From Macrostomum hystrix (lineage: Eukaryota > Animalia > Platyhelminthes), in assembly GCA_950097015.1 (NCBI GenBank), contig CATNEN010000007.1:7998001-8062000 (forward strand): a stretch of 64,000 nucleotides of DNA, written 5' to 3'. The position numbers were made by a program, and so were the translations under genes. The notes beneath the pieces are model-generated. The model was not told the DNA's origin and ran no database searches. It was given only the letters and a program-made list of their open reading frames with translations. This document shows, piece by piece, positions 47,851 through 57,672 of this stretch (positions are counted from its first letter, which is position 1; the number at the start of each line of letters is the position of its first letter).

Positions 47851-48711
47851 ATGCCGTCCGCGCAGTACGAAAGATGGACCATCGCCCGGAACAAGGACGA
47901 CCTGGGGTTCTACTCTGACATTCAATTCCGGCGAGACTACACCCGTTTGCAAATGAGCGCCAAGGCCGACTTGTTCCAGAATCTGGCGTGGGTAGACGTA
48001 GAAGCTGTGATGGCGAGTGTCTGGAAAGCGGACAGTCAGGAGATTCGCATTGTCTCCTTCGGCTGCGGACCTGGAAGCGACCTGGTAGGCCTGCTTGGGG
48101 CTGTGGAGTCGCTTTGTAGACTGAACTGGAACATGCGAGTCGGCAGCCGCTTGCGGTGCGTCTGCACCGGGGTCGATGCGTTCGACTGGAATCAGGACAG
48201 CGTCAACGACAGGATCAGCGCCTTCAATCGCAATGGAATCCTAAGCATCAGCTACAAGTTCGTCAAGCTGGACATGCACTCATTCGCTTCTGAGTGCGCA
48301 GCGAATGGGACTGACAACTTCGACTTCATTTGTCTGGGCTTCGTCGATGCCGGGCGCAACCTCGAGCTGGTTGGCGCCGGCCTGCCGACCCTGCTGAGCC
48401 GGCACGGCCGCGTCCTAGTGCTTGACAACAACATCAGCTCGGTGCGCCAGCTGGCGGCTTACTATGGCTTTAAATGTGGCTTCTTCACCGAGAAGACTTG
48501 CATGCACAGCCGGGGAGTCAGGAGTGGATTGTATCCTTCGGTCCTCTATTCACCGTCCCGAGATTCGCCCTATTATAAGTACAAGCTTCAGGAGCAGGAG
48601 CAGATGCGCCAGAGAAAACAGCAGTCACTACGATGGGAAAGGCCTGCCAAAGTTTACCATTACCAAGCAAGGGAGCAAAGCTGGTGTGAGAGAAATTGCG
48701 TCATTCTGTAG
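47851..48711 (+). CDS. Intronless class I SAM-dependent methyltransferase-like protein with a C-terminal CaaX box, 286 aa
   Basis: Uninterrupted ORF with GC3-rich codons. Motif I IVSFGCGPGSDLVG; acidic end of strand 2 (CTGVD); FDFICLGF; LLSRHGRVLVLDN. Ends WCERNCVIL*. AATAAA about 40 nt after the stop. Confidence 0.8.
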   Translation: MPSAQYERWTIARNKDDLGFYSDIQFRRDYTRLQMSAKADLFQNLAWVDVEAVMASVWKADSQEIRIVSFGCGPGSDLVGLLGAVESLCRLNWNMRVGSRLRCVCTGVDAFDWNQDSVNDRISAFNRNGILSISYKFVKLDMHSFASECAANGTDNFDFICLGFVDAGRNLELVGAGLPTLLSRHGRVLVLDNNISSVRQLAAYYGFKCGFFTEKTCMHSRGVRSGLYPSVLYSPSRDSPYYKYKLQEQEQMRQRKQQSLRWERPAKVYHYQAREQSWCERNCVIL

Positions 48712-50713
48712 GCTGTTAATACGCTCGTATCAGCCTATTAAGCAGTAAAATAAAGACATACAATTTACCCTTTGTCTGGATTTTCTTGTATTTTATCATT
48801 TTACTATAAATATTGTTGTCTTTCTGGCTCATGTTAAGAGCCAGACCGGATTTATTCGACATCTCATTTCTAATGTTCTTCAAAAAATAATTGAGTATAA
48901 AATTATAAGTCACCCATGTATTATTTAGCATAAAATATTATTGCTGTTCGAGTAACTGATGCTATTGCAAAGAAAATTGCCGTACTTTTGATTAATAAGA
49001 TCTATGCACTTTTCTTCGTTCTGTCTTTTACTTTGCATAGCATAATAGCAATCTGAAGGGATGTCGTCAAAAAAATTAATAATTATCTAAAATGCGTAAT
49101 CAACAGTACAACTAAATTTCCATTTTCGTGGCGGAAAGACGACTTCCAATTTTCCACGAAACAAGGATCCGTTTGGCGGGCTGACAAACGGAAGCATTGT
49201 GAATTCTACACCAAAGCTTGTACAAGTTGAAGAGTTGACAGCTTTCTGTGCCTGTTACATTTTTGTGTTGCAAATAGCCCCATGACACTTTCTAGTGTTT
49301 TTTAATGTCTGTGAATTTGCGCTTTATACAAGCTTGTAGAATGAAGCATGGTACATGGTTGTTTAGAATTGTAAAAAATAGGAAAAATGTCTTTGCTAGC
49401 TAGATTTTTTATTGAATAGTCTTTTCAAGATAAAATAGAATTTATTTTATATTCTGTGATTTTTGTACTTAGTAAAATTATAATATTACTATTCATTCTC
49501 TTGGTATTTTTTTAAATTTGTAGTAATCCTTGCCTCAAATTTATTGTTCTTTTTTAAAGAAAGTCATATCATAATACTTGTCCTCAATAAAAAACTTTAT
49601 AACAAGAAAACATAGCTTTGTAATTTTTTTCTTTTTTCTTTAATTAATCAATAGCCTATATATTTGTATCATAATGTCTCTTGAAATGACATACCTAACT
49701 TGATCTAAATCTTATGGTTTATCTATATTTTGCTACTTTTAAAGCTATAGAGTCAATTATTACAATTAAAGTTAATACTGCTGTCATGCATTTTTATGAG
49801 ATAAATATTTGTAGTTTTTACATGAATACTAACCACGCTACTATTCAGTAGTCAAGTCTGTAATTTGATCTAGTTAATTTCTTGCATCTAGTTAGTTGAA
49901 ATGTATTGCTGCGAATTTCCTTAGCCAAACTTGTTGCATTTTTTTCTTAGAAATTTAAATAAGTTACAAGAACTTTGTGGAGCAAAAAACTGTTGCACAC
50001 CACTAAATTCTAAGAAGAGCATGCTATTGGAGCACATTTAACATAAAACATCTAACTGTAATGCTGTCCAGTTGTGTGAATAAGTATCCAGATCCTCTAG
50101 TTTCGCACATTCAATTCTTTTCCGAAAGCTGACGACTTTCTTAGCTACCGCGAGTAAATACTCAAACTCGCGCAAGTTTTTGAATGACATGGCCATGTGT
50201 GGCTATCTCTATGGCCAAACCCATATAGAAGAGAGAAGAGAAGGGGCGGGAGGGACTCTGTGGGAAATATTATTTTAGTTTTCATCTTTCATATAGAAAG
50301 TCTCTACAAATGCTGCTTGATGTACGGTAAGTTGGCTAGCCAGGGTTGCTGGGAACAGAATGGATGACTGGCTGCTAGCTGAGCAGCAGCTGAGGTTTGC
50401 ACAATGACTAGTGATGTTTGCTCAGTTTCAATCGGATACCTGCAGCCTAATATCAATTAGATATATGTCAGTTTGTTACATAGAGCAAAAGTAAAGAATT
50501 GTGCTAATCACATTTGGCATACTGATTGCAATGGAGTCAACAAACTCAATTAACACCGTGTGTGATGAACAGCATCGCAAATCTATTAGCAAACATTGGC
50601 GAAAAAAATTAAGCGTGTACAAATTATGCGTGTATTTTTACATGGAACAGAAGCACACAGAATCTTTGCAGTCACTCTGTCAAATCAGTATTTGCACAAT
50701 TGTGAATCAAGTC

Positions 50714-52432
50714 TCATGCATCATCGAGGAAGAGAGTGCACAGCACATCAACCAACTCGCTGTTGACGTCCTGCGAGCACCAGTCCTCAAACGCTTTGGT
50801 CTCAAACACAAAGCCTTTCCTAGCCGGCTGATAGAAATAGCAAAGGCTGCCGCAAACTCGCAGCAAGAAGGAGTCGGCAAAGTTTACCTGCACAGAGTCG
50901 TCAGACAGGTGAAAGACGTGATAAGTGTCGCCGCAGTGTTTAGACCAGCAGCGTAGGCAGTGCACGGCTGCGACGCCCTGGCTAACCCAGCTGACCTGCT
51001 CTCGCATCAGGTTGCTGCTGGGCACATCCTGGAACTCTTCCGCCAGGTCCTTGGCCAGTGGTTCATAGAATCGGCCAACTGAACCGCTTGGCGTGCGTGT
51101 CAGTTCTGTTGGCACTGCGGCCGACTCCCTGGCTGCTTCATCGCCACCGGTTCTGTCGACAAAATAGGCCCTGCCAGTGCCCGTGTCGTGGATATAGGTT
51201 GTAGAGTCGTTGTACAGCACACAGTTGCAGCCGTTGGATAATTGATAGTAGAAGCCACAGGTGACTGTCTTGTCGCGCCACCAGGTGAGCCATGATTGTC
51301 CGAATTCCGTCGCCATCTTGGTCCACGCAGTCGCTGTCCTGAAGTGATTCAGCAGGGCAGACAGTCTGATTTGCCGAATGTCGATGACGGTTGCACTGCG
51401 CGAAACCGCCAAACTGGCGAAGGTGAGCAAGTCGGCCTGGGTTCGCTTCTTGCCATTGCTGCTGTTGCTAGTAGCTGCAGTCACTGCCGCTTTCCCCCTG
51501 CCGTGTAGCACACACGTGAAGCTCTTCGAGAACAGTCTGGCGCTGGCTACCTGTGTCAGGTGTACGCAGCCGATGGAATCCTTCACGTCGTTGATAATCC
51601 GGCTTTCATACTGGTCGCTATAGCCACAGAATTGGTGCCGCTCGATTTCCTCGAGGTCTGGCCGCTCCTCTGGGTCAAGGTGCAGCATCCGGGTCACCAG
51701 ATTGCGCAGGTGCTCGTCGGTGTGGTGACGCGTGAACTCGTAACTGCCAGTCACAATGCAGCGGTAGATGTCCGCCAGTTCGTCCATCTGAAATGGTGGC
51801 ACTCCGCCGAACAGTGTGTACAGTACAACGCCGCAAGACCAGATGTCACTTTTTGCTGTGTGACCCTGGCGCAGCAGCACCTCAGGGCTGAGATAGTTTG
51901 GCGTACCACAGGCCAGATGCCGCTCCAGGTAGCTCCTGGTGACTGTGCACGACAAGCCGAAGTCCGTGATCTTGACCACATCATTGGCATCCACCAGGAT
52001 GTTGCTGAGCTTGAGATCGCGGTGCAGAATGTCACTGCTGTGCAGGTAGCGCAAGCCGCCTATCAGTTGAGTGAAATAGTAGGCGGCCAAGTCCAGCGAC
52101 AGGCAGGTCAGGTGGACAATCATGTCTGCTAAGGACTTTTTGTTGCAGTATTCCAACACAAAGTACATGAAGTCTTTGTACACGAACGTGGCATATAATT
52201 CGGTCACATTGCGGTGCCTGAGTCGGCTGTGAATGTCGATCTCGTACTGCAGGTAGGGCTCCTTAAAGGCCTGCTGTATCATGCGCAGGCTGATCTTCTT
52301 GACTGCCACCACCCGCTCTGTGCCGTCATTAGGCGGCCTTTCGATTGCCTTGTAGCAGACGCCAAAGCCGCCCTTGCCAAGGCACGGGCCGAGGTCATAG
52401 GCGATATCGCCCCGATGCACGGTAGCGGTCAT
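50714..52432 (-). CDS. Intronless, divergent Polo-like kinase (kinase domain + two polo boxes), ~572 aa
   Basis: Kinase motifs LGKGGFGVCY, VAVKK, HRDLKLSNIL, DFGLS, CGTPNYLSPE. Polo box 1: WLTWWRDKTVTCGFYYQLSNGCNCVLYNDST. Polo box 2: LRCWSKHCGDTYHVFHLSDDSVQVNF. First ATG at 52432. Confidence 0.92.
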   Translation of the reverse strand: MTATVHRGDIAYDLGPCLGKGGFGVCYKAIERPPNDGTERVVAVKKISLRMIQQAFKEPYLQYEIDIHSRLRHRNVTELYATFVYKDFMYFVLEYCNKKSLADMIVHLTCLSLDLAAYYFTQLIGGLRYLHSSDILHRDLKLSNILVDANDVVKITDFGLSCTVTRSYLERHLACGTPNYLSPEVLLRQGHTAKSDIWSCGVVLYTLFGGVPPFQMDELADIYRCIVTGSYEFTRHHTDEHLRNLVTRMLHLDPEERPDLEEIERHQFCGYSDQYESRIINDVKDSIGCVHLTQVASARLFSKSFTCVLHGRGKAAVTAATSNSSNGKKRTQADLLTFASLAVSRSATVIDIRQIRLSALLNHFRTATAWTKMATEFGQSWLTWWRDKTVTCGFYYQLSNGCNCVLYNDSTTYIHDTGTGRAYFVDRTGGDEAARESAAVPTELTRTPSGSVGRFYEPLAKDLAEEFQDVPSSNLMREQVSWVSQGVAAVHCLRCWSKHCGDTYHVFHLSDDSVQVNFADSFLLRVCGSLCYFYQPARKGFVFETKAFEDWCSQDVNSELVDVLCTLFLDDA

Positions 52433-55400
52433 TGCGCTGACCTCATCGCCGCCCCGCTGAGCCGCGGCCAAGGTGCGTCCTCGACCACCGCGGCGTTTCC
52501 CTTTCTGCCTGCCTGTCCACTAAGCCTTCCCGGCACGTGACCTCGGGGTGTGCCAAGCGATGACTTAAACGCAAGGGAGCGCCGGCTGCAACTGCGTAAA
52601 GCGGGTCGGTCTGCAAAAAATATATTTAGCCTTGTAAGCAAGCGAAGGACATTCATCCCGGCTGTAACTGAGGTGGCTGTGAGAGCCGAAGCTTCATTGG
52701 CTGTCCCGCTGAGCTCTAGTCTCTTAACCAAATCCTTCGTTTCTCTATTATCCAGTCAGGCCTTGTCCTCCCTGTCCTCCTTGTCTGTCTCCGTGCAGCA
52801 TTTGCCTCCTCTCCCCATTTCGTCTTCGGCATCGGAAGCCTCTTCGCTCTTCTTGTCTTTCCCTTCTCTCTCTGTGCCGCACGCCTGCAGCCGGCAAATT
52901 CCCATTCTCTGACAAGGCCGCCCATCTTCACCCCATTCGCCCTCCCTTTGGGTCCCCCATAGAAGGGAATCGAGTAGGTAGTTAGGAAGCAGAGGGAGAC
53001 GGGAAGAAGTGACAGGGCGTTTGGGAGATGGGGAAGGCCGGAGAGCCCCGAGGGTTCATCGCAGCCTGTGGCGGCGCCATCTGGCAGTCTATTAAACCTG
53101 ATCCGGGCGCAGCATGAGGCTCTTATATATCTTTGCCTTGCCCTTAGTCTAGAATGAGGGTCTGCATAAGCTGGTCTCGCGTCTAAGTCCGATTGGATTC
53201 CGTCAGTTTTTTGTTGGATTCGCTTTCTCTCTTTCGCTGCCCCCGAAGTACTAAAAGTTTTCTGGCGCTTGCTTTAACTGCAGATGGGGAAGGCACACTC
53301 CTGCCCCGCGCCTTCGAGCTCCTGGAATGTCGGGGCGCGGTCGCTGACAGTTGGTAGAGGGGCTCCTCCGAGATTAGTCCATCAAAGTTTATTTACTCGC
53401 CAACCGCTTCCTGCGGGCCGAGGTACGCGCTTCGCGCTATCATTATCTTCTTCAGGCCCTGAGCGCACCAAATATACTTTTGGTGCCCGCGTTTTTATTT
53501 ATGCTTCTGTTTTTTCAGTTTCTCTTCCCTATCACTCTGTCGCACTATTCACTTGACCATTCAGTCTGATGCGGCACTTGTTGCGGAACTGATCCACTTC
53601 CTTGTTCGTAATCTCCTATTTAGTGTCGCACAGCCAGCTGAATGAGTCGGATTGCGATGCGTCGCGGATAATGGCTCCGGCACTTGGGCGGGGCCCGCGG
53701 CCTTTATGCCCTGACTCTGTGCTAATCGATTAATGCAAGACAGCTTTTTTTCGGACGCACAAATTGCCTCCACACCGAGCCGCTCCGACCTTGTAAAAAG
53801 CGCTGCCCGCTGAGGCATGCGAATAACGAGATCAATCGATCCCTGTTGATACGTCAAAGGCCGGTCTGATGTCTGGTTAGCAGAATAGGGGAGAACCTAT
53901 AGCCTGCAGAGGCCTTATTCCCAAGCAGCCACAAACCATTTCTTCCCCCCTTGCCGTATTCAAAGGACGCTTATTGTGCTCTCGGCCTCATAGCTCGCGT
54001 ACTCGTGCGCGAATTGTGTGGACAGACGGCAGGAAATTTGCTAGGTAAAAGGCGGAAGCCTCTACCCCCCGTGGCCTCGTCTGCCACTCGACTTGCTCGG
54101 GGCTGTGGATTCTTCCCGAGCGTGGGGCAGCTACGCGAGTCGTAGAGAAGATTGGCAGCACAACGTTGGAATATTTGGGACCGTAACTGGATCTGTCCTA
54201 TTTCCTATCCACCACCCAGGTGCGGACCCTGGCCTGGCCCGATGCCGAAAGAGTCTGGGCCGCATAAATAATAAATAATAGTTTGTTTACTGCCATCCGC
54301 CCTACAGAGTGGAACGGAGCTGCGATCGTGAGCGAATGGCAGCAGCGAGGAATAAAAAGGAAGGCTGGAATATTGATTGATGGATTAAATTGATTTCTGT
54401 TTATTACTTTCCCTACCCACTCAGTCCGACCTCGCCTTCTCTCGCTTGCCTGTGTTAAATAGTGGAAACCGGCCTCTCAATCTTGGCTGCGCATACGAGT
54501 TACCGCGCTAGCCGAGGAATCGAAAGCCCACTTTTCGATATTTCCACGACCACGGAAAGCCTCCAAGTTATTGGATGTTTTACACCAGCGATGACTGGGG
54601 ACCCCGATGCATGTAGTTTAGACTTTTTCCAACAATTAGCATTTACTTGCATTGTATTTTTTGACAGATCTGTCAAAAAACATCCAGCATTAATTTTGTT
54701 AAATACGGTAAAGTCAAGGCAAAATTGCTGCAGATAATTTGAGCTACATGCGACCGGAGGCATCTGTCATGCTCTGTGTTCCAGGCCAGTCAGTTTCGAT
54801 TTCAATGATAAAGCCGGAGCCGAGCGGTCGGTGAAAGCTAAAATGTCAAAGAAATGTCATCTCCTGCCCCGTGTAGGAAAGGGGCAGATGAGGGAGCTAC
54901 ATGCAGGGAGCAGAAAATGCAATATTGTTCGCTACAAACTGACAGGCTGCGGAATTGGCAGGCCCGTGTCAAAAAATAATCTTTGAGGAAGAGAAGTGAC
55001 GGATTTGAAGAATTATGTGTTTCAGAGAGCAGCTTACCTTTCAGACAGGCTGGACTAGTTGCTTGAGCTAGTCCCGGGGGCGGAGGGTCTGTGGGTGGGA
55101 ACTCCGGCATATGCCGGGGCTGTTACTAGGGACGACGTAGGCAATTTCTAGTGCATTGGTGGTGATTTTCCGCGCGGACTAGCTCTGCTGTGTTGCTGTT
55201 TTCTTCTCCTTTCCATCGCCTGGCAATTTTTCATTTCATAGGCAGCACGGCGTCAGAAAACACAGCGCTTAGCCAAGTGAAAATGGAGCGGGTGAAAGCG
55301 ACTCGCAGAGTCTATTGCTCCAGCTCCCCAGCTTCCCTCCGGACCAACCCGGCTCTCCATCATGCGCCGGTCTCTATCTACGGCTTGGGTCGGCGATCTG

Positions 55401-56582
55401 CGAATCTGTCGGGAGTCCCTCGAGGAAAGAGGGGAAGACGGAGAGAAGGATAGGATGGGGCTCTCCGGGGCCTGGGCCTGAGCTGCGGTAGCCACGGAAA
55501 GGCGTGCGGGATCAGATCCCACAGATTGGGAGGCGGGGCGTACAGCACTTTGTGGCAGTTTGAGGCATCGGGCCACTGCTGGAGATCAATTAGCCGAGTT
55601 ATGCTGATAGCACAGATGGCTGGAGCTGCAGAGAAAGTGGAGCAGTGCCGCAGTTAAATGAATTCTCTATATTGACTCAAGTCCCATCAGGCGTGCCTGT
55701 CCCGGCTGGCTGTCGCGATTCTGCCTGACTTGGCCCTGCAGACCCCGAAATCTGATCTGGCCTGGGTTTGGCCAATAACAATCATCATCAAATTCAAAAG
55801 CTGACCCTCTTGTGCTCCACTCTCTGCTCTGTGTGCTCAGACCTGACCAGCATAAAATAGGCTTAGCGCAGGATAGACTGCTCATTCATTTTTCCTGACT
55901 GCTCTTGTTAAAAAAAAGTGTACTTTTCTGAGGCCAGCCCAGCAGGTGAAACAGGCGACTGGTCGTTTGGGATTTACGGCGACTGTCGCTGCGTCTTCTG
56001 TATCACACGAAAGATGCTATGCATACTACTGCTACCCTCTTGTCAGTAGCTCAGTTGAAATGATTCCATGGGGACAAATTTTGTGATGACATTTTTTTAC
56101 AGCTTCAGTTAAATTAGGACAAAGGAGCCAACAAGTATATAAACTTACATATTGCTTCTTATTAACAAACTGCGTAAGTTTAATTCATGCATACTTTCTA
56201 GTACTTAATTAGTTGCTAGGCAATTCTTGCCGCGATGATTTGTGCTTTAAACTTTGTTTGCTTAAGAAACAATTGAAAAGCAGAGAGCTTTTTTATTCGC
56301 AACCATATTTATAGCACACTAATTTTTCTGGATCTTTGCTTTTGGCATTGAAGTAGAAAATTAATTTTGCTAGTTAAAAAAAAGTTTCAAATGCGAGCTT
56401 TAGCTCGTACTAGCAACATTACTAGCAACATGCCTGCTTTGTTGCTTCCGTAAATGAAGACTGAGCAGTCCTGAGTCTAAACCCGAAGGTATGTGCACTT
56501 CTAACCACTAGAGAGTTTATAACCAGTGCTTTTTATTCACAACAGCAAGAGAACTATGTTTTTCTAAATTTTGAAATTGCAG

Positions 56583-57476
56583 TCAACCTCAGCGGAGGAG
56601 GAGGTCGCTGCCGTGCGCGCCATCTTTCCAGATCTTCTGGCGTCGGAGCCAAGTGACACGGAGCTGGATGACAGCGCAAGACATTGTGACGAACGCCTGC
56701 TGCTCCGATTGTCGGTCAGCCTGCCGCGCTCACACCTTCGGTGTCGCGTTGACTTGGACGCTGGCGCGCCGGGTTACCCGGACTCCGCCGCGCCTGGCAT
56801 TCGCGTCCGTGTCGATTCTTTCAACGACGATCTGGCAAAGACATTTCTCGCCGATCGACTGACGAAGGTGTTGGATTCAACGGCCGCCGCGCTGATTGGC
56901 GGGCCGACCCTGATGCAGCTGGTGCAGACTCTGCTTGACCAGCTCGATCAGCTCCAGTTGGAGCTTCTCGAAGGCTTGTCCGGCGATGGTGAAAGTGCAG
57001 CTGCAGCGGAGGCAAACTCCGCAACAGACAGCAGCCTTGGTGTAGCTGCAGCAGACAGCACTCGAACTGTTACTCAATGGCGTTGCGTCCTGGTCCACCT
57101 GGAGCACATGCGCAGCCGCAAGATTTACCTTGGCCACCTGCGTGACTGGACAAACAGTGCCGGCAACGGCTTCCGCTGTCGCGCCCTCCTGCACGACTGC
57201 CGATCCGGCATCGCCGCTCACCTGCTTCTAGCTGGCCCGACTGAGCAGGTGGCCGACTTCCTTCGTCGGCTGCGCACGGAGCGCGTCGATGTCGACTCAC
57301 GCGGACGGCCCTGCCGGGAGCGGCTGATGTCGGTGCTGCACGACCGCAGCGACTCCCAGCCAGCCAACGCTGCTGCTAAAGGCTTCTTGACGCTGGCCTG
57401 CTCGGAGGAGGCCGCTGTGCGGGCCGAGCTGGCGGAGTGCGGCTGCTCCGACTGGCTGCCCGTGGTACTCCACTGA
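56583..57476 (+). CDS. RWDD3: RWD domain-containing protein 3 (RSUME)-like; single coding exon lacking its own start ATG
   Basis: RWD domain: EEEVAAVRAIF...GYPDSAAP...LIGGPTLMQLV. RWDD3 C-terminal signatures: HLEHMRSRKIY and RLRTERVDVDSRGRPCRERLMSVL (cf. human HMRAKTKY...KVDVDSSGKKCKEKMISVL). The exon begins at the acceptor TTGCAG|TCA. Confidence 0.87.
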   Translation, partial: STSAEEEVAAVRAIFPDLLASEPSDTELDDSARHCDERLLLRLSVSLPRSHLRCRVDLDAGAPGYPDSAAPGIRVRVDSFNDDLAKTFLADRLTKVLDSTAAALIGGPTLMQLVQTLLDQLDQLQLELLEGLSGDGESAAAAEANSATDSSLGVAAADSTRTVTQWRCVLVHLEHMRSRKIYLGHLRDWTNSAGNGFRCRALLHDCRSGIAAHLLLAGPTEQVADFLRRLRTERVDVDSRGRPCRERLMSVLHDRSDSQPANAAAKGFLTLACSEEAAVRAELAECGCSDWLPVVLH

Positions 57477-57590
57477 GCTGGCGGCTTACCGCTGTCGCTT
57501 TGTTCGTCTTTCAAATGTTACTTCCGCCAGCGATCGTGTACTTTTACGAGTAGCAGCTTGCTCTGCTTCTCGCTTTCTGTTCTTCTGTAA

Positions 57591-57672
57591 GTCCCAGCTT
57601 ACAGCCATCTCCAGTCCCAGCTTACAGCCATCTCCAGTCCCAGCTTACAGCCATCTTCAGTCCCATCTTCCA
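57591..57672. repeat. Short tandem repeat, 23-bp unit (GTCCCAGCTTACAGCCATCTCCA) x ~3.5, in the probable RWDD3 3'UTR
   Basis: Seen directly. Confidence 0.85.

Noticed and set aside
52433-52471. 13-codon TTG-initiated extension of the PLK ORF
   Set aside because: The TTG start is an artefact of the ORF caller; ATG 52432 precedes the kinase domain directly.
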